Positions 25,301 to 36,084 of a stretch of 64,000 nt of DNA are shown one piece after another. Numbering within the stretch: position 1 is the first letter of the stretch; every line of letters begins with the position of its first letter. The notes under the pieces were generated by a model. The model was given only the letters and a program-made list of their open reading frames with translations. It made no database searches and was not told the DNA's origin. Source of the DNA: Octopus sinensis (lineage: Eukaryota). The translations under genes and the position numbers were made by a program. The stretch lies in assembly GCF_006345805.1 (NCBI RefSeq), contig NW_021836174.1, positions 1 to 64,000 on the forward strand, given 5' to 3'.

Positions 25301-26496
25301 GTAAGTATTAACCATTTAAGTCAATGATAACCAGCGTGTTATATTTGTGTGTGAGAAGATTGGATCCTGCTGCAATATAGTGTCAGCGCTGGATTAACCA
25401 TTAAGCATGTTCTAAGGGCATCAAGGGAAGGAGGGTGGGGGCATGACAGAAATGGTAAATGGTTTACGGCACAAAAGAAATCACTTTAAACTTGCTAAAA
25501 TAATATTTGGGATGCTTTATTTCTTCTAAGTATAAGAGCAAAAGTGTTCTATAAGATTAACTTTGAGGATCTGATCAAAGACTTTGCAAATATAAATAAA
25601 GTGGAGTTCTACAAAAATAAACATTATTTCCCATCTTTTTGTTAGTTTTGTTCCATTTTGAAAAAATAAAAAAAATAATTTCATGGGTTATTATTGTTTA
25701 TATTTCGAATTACATATATATGGGGGCACCAAAGTCTTTTAAGGGTCTTAATCCAGACCCTCAAATATTATAAAATGACTTGCCATTTTCTGTTCAGTGT
25801 GTGCAAACCAAAAATTCTACCCGTCAGCCCTACCGAAATAGGGTCAGTAGAGATCACTCGGTGTCTTACCCTCAGCATCTCATAAAGAAAACTAATGGCG
25901 CAATATAATGACGGTGTGTGGTGTTAACAAGCTTACTTCCCAATCACATGTTTTCTGGTTCAGTCCCATTGTGTGACACCTTTGGTTCCACATGGTGTCT
26001 TTTACTATAGCTTCCAGGCCAACCAAAGCTTTTTGGATAGATTGGTAGATGGAAACTGAAAGAAGCCTGTCATACACGTATGTATGTGAGGGAGGGGCTG
26101 AGAGAGTTTATATTTCCCTTGTCTTCATGTATTTCCTCTGCGGATAGTAAACAATAGCTTTGCTAATGGTGCCATTTGCTCGCGGCCAACTGTGAAACAT
26201 GCCCAGGCGTCTTGGGATGTCTTGACATGTTCTGCAATCTTTGTGAACAAAAGGCTCGTTTATACAGTGTCATTTGTTTTCCATTCTCTACTTGAAACGT
26301 GTCTGTGCTGTTCAATAGACTGGGAAATTATTAAGGTTGGTGACAGGAAAGGCATCAAAAACTCTACCTTCTCTATTCTCTTGTATAATCCATGTAAATA
26401 TGAAAAAGCAGATGTTTAAAAATACAAAAAATAATAAAGATGACAGAAACATTTGCAACTGATATTTTTTTTTCCTATTTTTTGTTTTTGATTTAG

Positions 26497-26715
26497 GGGT
26501 CACTAAATTTATTTTAGTTTCCAAAAGAAACACTATTGAAGGTGTACCACTGGATAGAAAGTTTTCTTCCACTGCAAATGCTATTCTACCAGTCACAAAC
26601 ACTTTTTTAAGGTACTCTCATATTAAATCTTTGGACTACACCTCATCTGACCAGACTATCTATTTTTCTGACGCTTACAGTCGCACAGTGCTCAAATTCA
26701 ATTTGAATACTTCAG
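26497..26715 (+). CDS. LRP2: LRP2-like exon, beta-propeller 2 start
   Basis: atttag|...|gtaagc; 219 nt, phase 1-1; VTKFILVSKRNTIEGVPLD...SLDYTSSDQTIYFSD. Confidence 0.88.
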
Positions 26716-26869
26716 GTAAGCCAAATCTATCCTTCATAAAGTGAATGCTAATTATCGTTTTGAATATTTCAGGTAAGCCAAATCTAGCCTTCATAAAGTA
26801 AATGCTAATTATCGTTTTGAATATTTCAGGTAAGCCAAATCTGGTCTTCATAAAGTGAATGCTGATTAG
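26702..26869 (+). repeat. 3 x 57-bp tandem repeat containing the splice donor
   Basis: ttcag|gtaagcc with GT at 26716, 26773 and 26830. Confidence 0.93.
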
Positions 26870-27080
26870 GATTTCAAATTTTGGCTCAAGGCCAACAATT
26901 TCAGGGAAGAGGTGATTTAATTACATTTACCCCAGTGTACAACTGGTACTTACTTTATCGACACCAAAAGGATGAAAGGAAAAGTGAACCTTGGCAAGAT
27001 TGAACTCAGAGCATGAAGACAGATGAAATGCTGCTAAGCATATTGACCAATATGCTAACACTCCTGCCAGCTCACTGCCT
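26868..27080 (-). mobile_element. SINE family A
   Basis: Reverse complement of the family A consensus. Confidence 0.75.
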
Positions 27081-27479
27081 TTTTCGAACTCACAACTTAA
27101 AGGACATGTGGAGCACCACTAAGTATTTGGTCCAACTCCCTAATGATTCTGTCAGCTCTCTGCCAGTAAATGCTAACAAAAACATTAGCATTGATTTAAA
27201 TGGTAGCACTGGTCAACACTATTTTTTCATCAAGGTTATTTGAGTGATTTTGGGGTAAGTTTGTGATGCTGAATCTAAACATAGCATTAGTATGACCAGA
27301 ATAGGCTCTAATTTTTGGTTTAATCAAAGCCCTTGTTTTTGAGCATTTGCCTTGTTCCCCTATTATTTTTATTATATAGTTGTTGCTGAATAGACTTTTA
27401 GGTATCAAGCCTTTTAATTCATTTCATATCAAATGATGTAATCAAAAATACTTTTACATTTATTCTGACTGTTGATGGG

Positions 27480-28165
27480 CCATGACTGTTGAGGACATAC
27501 GTAGGCTTGAAAGAAATGAAGCTGGTATGAACTGCTGGATGTGTAATTCAGTGTGCACACACAAGAGAGTATAAGCATCCTGAGAGAAATGCTGGACATA
27601 AAAAGCATCAGAAGTGGTGTGCAAGAGAGATGACTGCACTGGTATGGTCATGTGCTGTGTATGGATGAGAAGAGCTGTGTGAAGAAGTGTCACTCCTTAA
27701 CAGTGGAAGGAACCCATAGAAGAGGGAGACCCAGGAAGACATGGGATGAGGTGGTGAAGCATGACCTTCGAATGTTAGGCCTCACAGAGGCAATGACAAG
27801 AGACCAAGACATCTGGAGATATGCTGTGATTGAGAACACCCAACAAGTAAAGTGGGATCACAGCCATAGCCTATACCAGTGTCACATAACTAGTCCCTTT
27901 AAAAAGTATCTTTGAATCATCAGGCAACATGCTGTGCTTGAGGAGACTTATTGAGTCAAGTAAATCAAAATCAATGCCAGGCCCACCAGACTGGTTCTTG
28001 TGCTGGTGACATGTACAAAGCACCCACTACATTCTTGGAGTGGTTGGCATTGGGAAGGGCATCCAGCTGTAGAAACCTCGTCAGATCAGATTACAGCCTG
28101 ATGCAGCAGCTGGCTCTCCAGACCTCAGAAAAACAGGCTAATCCCCTTCACCAGACAGTGTAGCC
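27480..28165 (+). mobile_element. RTE LINE 3' fragment
   Basis: KKCHSLTVEGTHRRGRPRKTWDEVV plus the family 3' UTR. Confidence 0.8.
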
Positions 28166-28454
28166 TTAACATTTCTGCTGTGGAGAACAGATCTTCTTGA
28201 TTATAGCAAAGTGACAGGTATCTCAGTCCATTGTCATCTCATCCAAAAGATTCAGTGTTCTGAGGTCATCCTTTAGTACTTTGGTCCCATGTCTTCTTGG
28301 ATCTCCCACTTCTATGAGTTCCATCTACTTTGAGTGAATGGCACTTCTTTATGGAGCTGTCAGCATCCATCCGCATCCCATGACTGAACCAGTAGAGTCT
28401 CCTCTCTTGCACACTGAATTGTGAAATGATGATGGTGATATATTACAATAGCTT

Positions 28455-28675
28455 TAAGGTGGTGTGCTGGCAGAAATGTTAGCACACGGGGCAAAATGCT
28501 TAGCGGTATTTCATCTGTCTTTACATTCTGAGTTCAAAATCTGCCGGGATTGACTTTACCTTTCCTCCTTTCGGTGTCGATGAATTAAGTACCAGTTGCA
28601 TACTGGGGTAGATCTAATCGACAGGCCCCTTCCCTCAAAATTTTGGGCCTTGTGCTTAGAGTAGAAACGATATTA
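28455..28675 (+). mobile_element. SINE family A
   Basis: Full head, B-box and tail. Confidence 0.8.
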
Positions 28676-28762
28676 CAATAACTTTGGAGAATCTATGGAC
28701 TTTGTTCTGCCCCTTTTAACAACAATATCATATTGAATGTAAACATCTATTCAAGTTACGTT

Positions 28763-29178
28763 TGTAGTGATGCTACAGTGTAGGGTTCGGCGCGCATGCG
28801 CAGAATGGGACTACTTCCGGGTGGCCACCGGAAGTCTTCCCCATGCGCATGTGCGGGAAAACATCTCTCGAGCCCGCGAACCTCAAATCTCTCTCTTCGG
28901 CTCAAGACAGCACTGCGATCGGTCACGGTTTTCCTGGCTCTGACAGCCACACACCAACTTCAACCAACTTCAACCAACCTCAACGACCAACACCAGCAGT
29001 ATATCAGAGGCTGTCTATTCCCCCATCAGACAACGTACAACCATGAATCAATAAACCAAGTTGTCTGTTCACCTTTAACCTGAGTTTCGTCTGTTGTTTT
29101 CTACAAGATTTTTGTATGTGACTAGAAAGGATCTCGACACCCTGCCAGTGCTTCGATGATAGATCCTTTCACGTTACA
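28763..29178 (+). repeat. 5' LTR (416 bp)
   Basis: tgtagtg...gttaca; differs from the 3' LTR only by two 1-bp indels; AATAAA at 29050-29055. Confidence 0.96.
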
Positions 29179-29180
29179 AT

Positions 29181-29190
29181 TGGTGACCCC
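29181..29190 (+). promoter_or_regulatory. Primer-binding site, probably tRNA-Trp
   Basis: TGGTGACCCC, 2 nt after the 5' LTR; matches the start of the tRNA-Trp PBS typical of CsRn1-like elements. Confidence 0.8.
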
Positions 29191-29565
29191 TAGTTGAGAA
29201 AAAGAACAGGATAGAAAAAGACACAGCGAACAGGTTTTTTTTGGGGCCGAAGAGCGCGGAAATTCACATTTATTTTCCTATTTTCTCCTTTTCAGCACGG
29301 CGAGGTGGGTAAAATAGCCTTATTCATCGCACACAGTACAAAAAAAAAAAAAAAAAAAACAAAGAAAAAAGAAAACACACACACATTCATTTTTTTTTCC
29401 TTTTCTGTATTTTGTTTTCCTTGTACACACCTATTCCTTTTTTTGCTACCCACGAGGTGCACACACAAACACAATTTTGAATTGCCTTCTCGGTTCCACG
29501 TGTTCTCTCTCCACTTCTAGACCATACCTTCTGCCCCCTTCTCACAGATTCCTTCCGACAAAGGC

Positions 29566-30048
29566 ATGGCTTCAGGTTTGCCTTCATTTACGGGGGATAT
29601 GGGCCTGTGGTTTGCCCAAGTGGAGTGGTATTTTGTTGCACATGCCATTTCTCCACAGCAGCAGTTGCACCTGCTATATTCCGGCTTACATCCCCGACTC
29701 GCCGCATCGATCAGGGATCTAATAATAAGTCCCCACCCGGATGCCACATACGCGTCTGTGAAAGCAGAAATCCTCCGCCGCAACACACGTTCGGGGGAGA
29801 GCAATATTCAGATTGCCACGATGGCCGATGGAATACTGGAATTTCCGAATCCATCTCCATCGCGAGGCCTCTGTGCATGTATAGGGGGCCCTGCGCAAAT
29901 TTCACTAGCCGAGCGGATTGATGCGCTCACGCGGCGAATCGACGATCTATCCCGTGCGATCGAGCGCCGACAACGCAGTCGTAGTCGCTCTACCAAAAGG
30001 GCAGATCGGTGTACCCAGCCGTGCACTTTCAAGCCCTCGGAAAACTAA
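29566..30048 (+). CDS. gag: Short gag (160 aa)
   Basis: LPSFTGDMGLWFAQVE...IRDLII...YASVKAEILRR is a CsRn1-type N-terminus; ends [12 protein letters not shown]. Confidence 0.8.
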   Translation: MASGLPSFTGDMGLWFAQVEWYFVAHAISPQQQLHLLYSGLHPRLAASIRDLIISPHPDATYASVKAEILRRNTRSGESNIQIATMADGILEFPNPSPSRGLCACIGGPAQISLAERIDALTRRIDDLSRAIERRQRSRSRSTKRADRCTQPCTFKPSEN

Positions 30049-33000
30049 ATCCGGAGGAGGTGAGCACGTCACCTTCTTCCATCTCGTTTCCCAAACATCG
30101 TGCATTCTATGTAAAAGATCTGGTGTCGAAGACATTCTTCATGGTAGACACCGGTTCCTGTTGCAGCATCTGGCCCCTTCGTCTGGCTGCAGACAAGCCG
30201 AAGCGCTCTTCGATTGTCTTGCATGCTATTGACTCGTCTCCCATAACCACTTACGGTCAGATTTCGCTGCGCCTCAACCTCAACCTTCGCCGAGACTTTC
30301 GATGGGTTTTCGTCATCGCTGACATCCCACATCCTATTCTCGGCGCTGATTTCCTGGATAGGTTTAACCTATTGGTGGATGTCAGGCGTCGGAGGCTTCT
30401 TGATAGCACGACGTCGCTCTCTACACCGACTGGGAGTTCCACCACTGCGGTCCTTAGCCCGACATTCTTTGTTGCCACCTCTGGAGACCCATTTCACTCT
30501 CTTTTGGTTTCATTTCCGGAGCTAGTGGACATTGCCTTTAAACCGGAAAATCCTACCCACTCGACCCTCCATTTCATCACCACCAATGGGCCACCTGTAT
30601 TCTCACGCCCCCGGCGCCTAGCGCCAGACCGACTTAAAACGGCCAGAGCCGAGTTTGAGCACATGCTTCAACTTGGCATTATACGCCCCTCCACCAGCCC
30701 ATGGGCATCTCCCCTTCATTTGGCGCGAAAGGGCGAGTCTGATTTTCGCCCGGTTGGAGACTATCGACGCCTCAATGCCGTCACAATAGCCGATCGCTAT
30801 CCGATTAGAAATCTCCGGGACTTTACAGCAAATCTCCATGGTTGTACCATTTTTTCGAAGGTCGATCTGATACGCGCTTACCACCAAATACCGGTCAACC
30901 CAGCCGACGTTCCAAAAACTGCAATCACTACCCCGTTTGGTGTTTTGAGTTTTTGTACATGAGTTTCGGTTTGCGGAATGCTACTAGCACCTTCCAGCGT
31001 TTCATTGATGAGGTTGTCCGCGGTCTTGATTTTGTGTTTGCCTATGTCGATGACATACTCATTGCGAGCGACACACGAGAAAATCATCTCCGGCACCTTT
31101 CTCAACTCTTCCAGCGTCTTCGCGCGTATAGCATACGCATAAACCCCGACAAGTGTGTTTTCGGACGCTCTTCCCTAGATTTTCTAGGGCATCATATTGA
31201 TTCGACTGGAATCAGCCCCCTCTCGTCAAAAGTCGATGCCATTCAACGCATCGCACCCCCCACTTCCTTGCGCCAGCTCAGGCATTATCTAGGGATGGTC
31301 AATTTCTACCGACGCTTCATTCCCGGTTGTGCAGATAAGCTGCTACCTCTCACCAGGCTGTTAAAGGACTCTCCTAGAAAGGACAGTCAAGTCACCCTCT
31401 CTGTTGAGGCAGTGACAGCCTTTGAGTCCATTAAGAAGGAGCTGGCTTCTGTTTCTTTGCTTGCACATCCAGTTCCTGGTGCTTCTCTCTCTTTGACTGT
31501 GGACGCATCGGACACTGCGATTGGCGCTGTGTTACAACACACAGTGGATGACCATGTTCGACCTCTAGCCTTCTTTTCCCGTCAACTGCAACCAGCTGAA
31601 CGACGATACAGCACCTTTGATCGTGAGCTCCTAGCGATCTACCTATCGGTTCGTCATTTCCAGCATCAACTTGAAGGGCGAGATTTTGTGATCTATACGG
31701 ATCACAAGCCCCTTACGTTTGCCCTGTTTTCAAAAACGGACAAACTCTCACCCCGTGCTTTTCGGCACCTGGATTTTATCTCTCAATTTACTAGCAACAT
31801 TCGACACATACCTGGAAAAGAGAACGTTCCTGCTGACGCTCTCTCTCGCCTTCCAGTTTGCGCCCTTTCGTCTCCTGCTGCTATCGACTTAGCTGCCATA
31901 TCGCAGGAGCAGCCACCTTTGGCGTCGTTAGATTTAACTTCTCCCAAGTTCTCCTGTTGCCAGTTTTCCTACCTTCCGCTTCCGTCAGCCGAAGGCACCA
32001 TTCTTTGTGACACTTCAACTGGATCTCCCAGGCCACTGGTGCCTGAGACCCATCAACGCTCAGTGTTTGAAGCACTGCACTCCTTATCACATCCTGGCAT
32101 CGCTGCCACCCTCAAACTAATCACTGCTCGGTTTTTCTGGCCGAATATGCGTCGCACAATTACTTCTTGGACACGCACCTGCTCCAAGTGTCAACGATCC
32201 AAGATTCAACGGCACGTTCGTGCCCCGCTTGGACAATTTCCCCCCACGGAGGCCCGTTTTCGCCATGTCCACATCGATCTGGTTGGACCATGGCCTGTGA
32301 GTCGCGGGTTCTCTTATCTATTAACTTGTGTCGATCGTTTCTCCCGCTGGCCAGAAGCCATTCCGATAGCAGACATTTCTGCTGAGACTGTTGCGCGAGC
32401 TTTCGTTTCAAACTGGATTTCTCGCTTCGGAGTCCCGTCCCGATTGACAACTGATCGTGGACGACAGTTTGAGGCCTCGCTATTTCGCGAATTGTCGCGA
32501 ATTTTGGGTATGCACCATATCCACACCACAAGCTACCATCCAGCGTCTAATGGATTGGTTGAGCGGTTCCATAGACAGCTCAAGGCCGCTCTTCGTGCCT
32601 CTTCGGACCCACAGTCCTGGATCGAATTTCTGCCCATTGTGCTTCTCGGCTGTCGGACTGCTGTCAAGGCAGACCTGGGGTTTTCTGCTGCAGAGCTGCT
32701 GTATGGTACCACACTGGCATTGCCCGGTACGATGTTGGTGCCAGACACTTCCCCGCCCCATGATCCGGCGACCTATGTCACCAGACTGCGGGAATATTTT
32801 TCAAACCTTCCGCCCATGCTTCCCAGAAAGCAATCTCCACCGTCCCATCTTCCACCGGATATGAACACCTGGTCGCATGTTTTTGTTCGGGACGATTCTG
32901 TGAAGGGCCCACTTGTTTCTCCCTATAAAGGACCTTTTCGTGTGCTTTCTCGCACACCAAAGGTTTTCACGATTGAGATAAATGGTCGTTCGGAGACCGT

Positions 33001-33286
33001 TTCCGTGGACCGTTTAAAAAAGGCACATTTTGAGACGTCTTCATCTTTTGATGACAACCTTGACACACCCACCTATGCACCTTTAACAACACTTTCACCT
33101 GCACAAACGCCTTCACCTGCACAAACGCCTTCACCTGCACAAACGCCTTCACCTGCACAAACACCTTCACCGGCTCCTACAACACCACCCTCGCCGTCAA
33201 CGGGTGCCCCGAGCACACCGTATGTTACAAAATCGGGCAGAACAGTGCATTGGCCCAAGAAACTTTCAAAAACAATTTACATTTAA
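30039..33286 (+). CDS. pol: pol (protease-RT-RNase H-integrase) with one frameshift near 30942-30946
   Basis: VDTGS protease; YVDD RT; DAS...TDHKPL...ADALSR RNase H; [24 protein letters not shown] and GPF integrase; C-terminal (PSPAQT)x4. ORFs 30009-30962 and 30842-33286. Confidence 0.95.
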
Positions 33287-33399
33287 CTTTAAAATGTTTC
33301 TTATTGTATAATAGTATGTACCAAGTCTTCTGGGGGATCGGCAAGCCTTCTGTTTTCTGCAGCACCACCACAATATTCTGGTTGCCGTACTTCGCACTC

Positions 33400-33411
33400 G
33401 GAGGGGAGCCC
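33400..33411 (+). promoter_or_regulatory. Polypurine tract
   Basis: GGAGGGGAGccc abutting the 3' LTR. Confidence 0.85.
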
Positions 33412-33829
33412 TGTAGTGATGCTACAGTGTAGGGTTCGGCGCGCATGCGCAGAATGGGACTACTTCCGGGTGGCCACCGGAAGTCTTCCCCATGCGCATG
33501 TGCGGGAAAACATCTCTCGAGCCCGCGAACCTCAAATCTCTCTCTTCGGCTCAAGACAGCACTGCGATCGGTCACGGTTTTCCTGGCTCTGACAGCCACA
33601 CACCAACTTCAACCAACTTCAACCAACCTCAACGACCAACACCAGCAGTATATCAGAGGCTGTCTATTCCCCCATCAGACAACGTACAACCATGAATCAA
33701 TAAACCAAGTTGTCTGTTCACCTTTAACCTGAGTTTCGTCTGTTTGTTTTCTACAAGAATTTTTGTATGTGACTAGAAAGGATCTCGACACCCTGCCAGT
33801 GCTTCGATGATAGATCCTTTCACGTTACA
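33412..33829 (+). repeat. 3' LTR (418 bp)
   Basis: Follows the PPT; near-identical to the 5' LTR. Confidence 0.96.
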
Positions 33830-34002
33830 CGTTTATATATTTGTTTTGCAAGATTCTTGATGTGAAATCGTGTGCTGAAACAGATATTGTTGTATTTAGT
33901 GCGTGTTTTTATTGGCTAAACTGGCAACATGACCATTTCTAAATACAACAATATCTGTTACAAGTCTTTTTAAAATGCTATTCTGAATTTCCTTTATTTT
34001 AG

Positions 34003-34183
34003 AGTTGAAGATAGTGTTTCACGAGTATGTAAGTGATATTTCAGTGGACTGGATGCTTCGCAATTTATATATGGCTAATCGTCTCGGGATTACAGTTGTA
34101 CGTATTGATAATGTAGAGGACAAGCGAGTAATCATTAGCAACGAAACATCCGTAACATCAATTGTTTGCCATCCTTACAAAGG
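34003..34183 (+). CDS. LRP2: LRP2-like exon, propeller 2
   Basis: ttttag|...|gtaagt; phase 1-2; ISVDWMLRNLYMAN...VTSIVCHPYKG. Confidence 0.9.
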
Positions 34184-34194
34184 GTAAGTATAAA

Positions 34195-34575
34195 TCTTTA
34201 TATATATAAAGCTGAAGTTGTCTGTGTATGGCAGGTTTGGTAGCTTTCAACTAACACTATCTCCTCCGAGACCCTGCGGCGCAAGTTGACCAAAATTGAG
34301 AGTATGATAGAAGGCTTGCTCTTCCTTCCGTAGAAGAAAAAATTCAAATCGGACCATGTTAACACCAAAAGTTATTTACATCAAAAAGGTGCTTTTTTTC
34401 TGTGAAAATCCCTATTTTTTACGATTTTTTTACTGCTGTGTCGCCGTTTTTCGGTGTATTACAACCAGAAAAATGTTCACTTAAAGAGAATACATAATGC
34501 AAAATTTTTACTTTTCAAAAATTCTAATTCTAAAGAGTCAAAGCAAACCCAAGCAACGCCGGGTTAATCTGTTAG
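34195..34575 (+). mobile_element. Non-autonomous Helitron-like element
   Basis: A|TC 5' end (tctttatatatataaag); 3' hairpin accc-aagcaacgcc-gggt followed by TTAG|T. Confidence 0.7.
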
Positions 34576-34786
34576 TCTCTTTTGCTGGACTTCTAAGTGG
34601 CAGGGACATAAACAAATCAACACCAATTGTTAAGCAGTTTTGAGGAGACAAACAATATATACATACACTACACACAAAAGATAAATGATGTATGGAGATA
34701 GACAGGCAGGCAGACAGGCAGACAGATAGACAGATAGATTGATTGGATTGATTGTTTATTACATTGCTGTTTTTCTTATTTTTCAG

Positions 34787-34957
34787 TTTGATTTTCTTTG
34801 CAAGCCGATTTTACACGAAGCTAGCTTATATTGGAAGAGCTTTTGCTGATGGTAGCAATGTGAAGCATATACGCCGACATGAGCTAGGGTACCCAGCCAG
34901 TCTTACAATCGACTTCAAAGCTGACCATTTATATTGGTCTGATTTTTCCCTTAAAAG
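34787..34957 (+). CDS. LRP2: LRP2-like exon, propeller 2
   Basis: tttcag|...|gtaatg; phase 2-2; AYIGRAFADGSN...LGYPASLTIDFKADHLYWSD. Confidence 0.92.
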
Positions 34958-35132
34958 GTAATGGTATTTTTGTTTCGAAAACATTTTCTTTTATAATTTT
35001 CCTGTAGGGACTAGGCACAGGCGCAGCTGTGTAGTTAAGAAATTTGTTCATTTATAGTGTCATATTATCAGAGTATTAACAGTTCCTGGCTAAGAAGACC
35101 TGTGTCAGCTTTTACACTAGGCTTCTTCTTAA

Positions 35133-35657
35133 CCCCTTGACGCCGGTATTACCCGAAGCATGTGAGACACTGCTCCAGTTTTTTTTTTTATCCAATGAGG
35201 CCACGCAAACACACAAGTGCCAACGAGCTCGCCTCTATTTACGTTCACTGTTACAATAACATAGTGTCGTGCGTTTACGTCTACCGGTTTATGAAAACGA
35301 ACTATGTGAAGCTATTTATCATAATATGATATGCACGAGTTATTCTGCTCAAGTTCAGAAAATAGCTTGCGTGTGGTACAACTCAAAACATGGTATTATG
35401 CATGTAAAGTATCTACATGTCATTGGTCTACTGCTAGTCTCTTGACTTGAACGTAACCTAAAATAGCTAAGATAATGCACGGGACGGCGAGTGCGCGGAC
35501 CACAAGAGATAAATTACACGATAGCGAACGTAAACATACGTCAGCCACTAAAAAGTCCGTGATAGATGTAGGGCAGCTCTACATCGTATATTTACGTTTA
35601 CCGTGGGTAGGTAAGCAAAAGTATGATCGCATATTTGCGTCAACCATTGTCAAGGGG
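35133..35657. mobile_element. piggyBac-type MITE
   Basis: TTAA|ccccttgac ... gtcaagggg|TTAA. Confidence 0.78.
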
Positions 35658-35739
35658 TTAAGTTCACTGTTTCTTATATAAATATACTTATGAGTGTAGA
35701 TGTTGATATATTTACAAGTTTATGCTTTCATTTTCATAG

Positions 35740-35825
35740 GATCCAGCGGTCAGATCTAGATGGAAATAATGTTCAAACTCTTGGCATAACACTTAGGACC
35801 CCTGTAAGGATTTTTGTTTATGGAG
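35740..35825 (+). CDS. LRP2: LRP2-like exon, propeller 2
   Basis: tcatag|...|gtcagt; phase 2-1; IQRSDLDGNNVQTLGITLRTPVRIFVYG. Confidence 0.85.
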
Positions 35826-36084
35826 GTCAGTATTGCACTGTTTGTTACCTTTAACATAACATGTTTTATCGAGAGAGGTTGTAATCACCTGATATGTATG
35901 TGTGTGTATATATATATATATTATATATATGTGTGTGTGTGTGTATGCACACACACACACACACACATCAAACTAGCTGCTGCCAGCTACCTAGAACTCA
36001 CATGAGTAAAAAAGAGAGACAGAGACAGACAGAAAAACGGAAAATGCCCCCTGCATTTGAAAACTATAGAAATATTTTTTAAAA

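Larger units (their letters stand above)
28763..33829 (+). mobile_element. Full-length Ty3/Gypsy LTR retrotransposon (CsRn1-like clade)
   Basis: TG...CA LTRs, 4-bp TSD CGTT (28759-28762 and 33830-33833), PBS, PPT, gag, and pol order PR-RT-RH-IN. Confidence 0.97.

Noticed and set aside
28756-29083. ORFs duplicated at 33225-33732
   Set aside because: They are incidental frames within the two LTRs; useful only as evidence of LTR identity.
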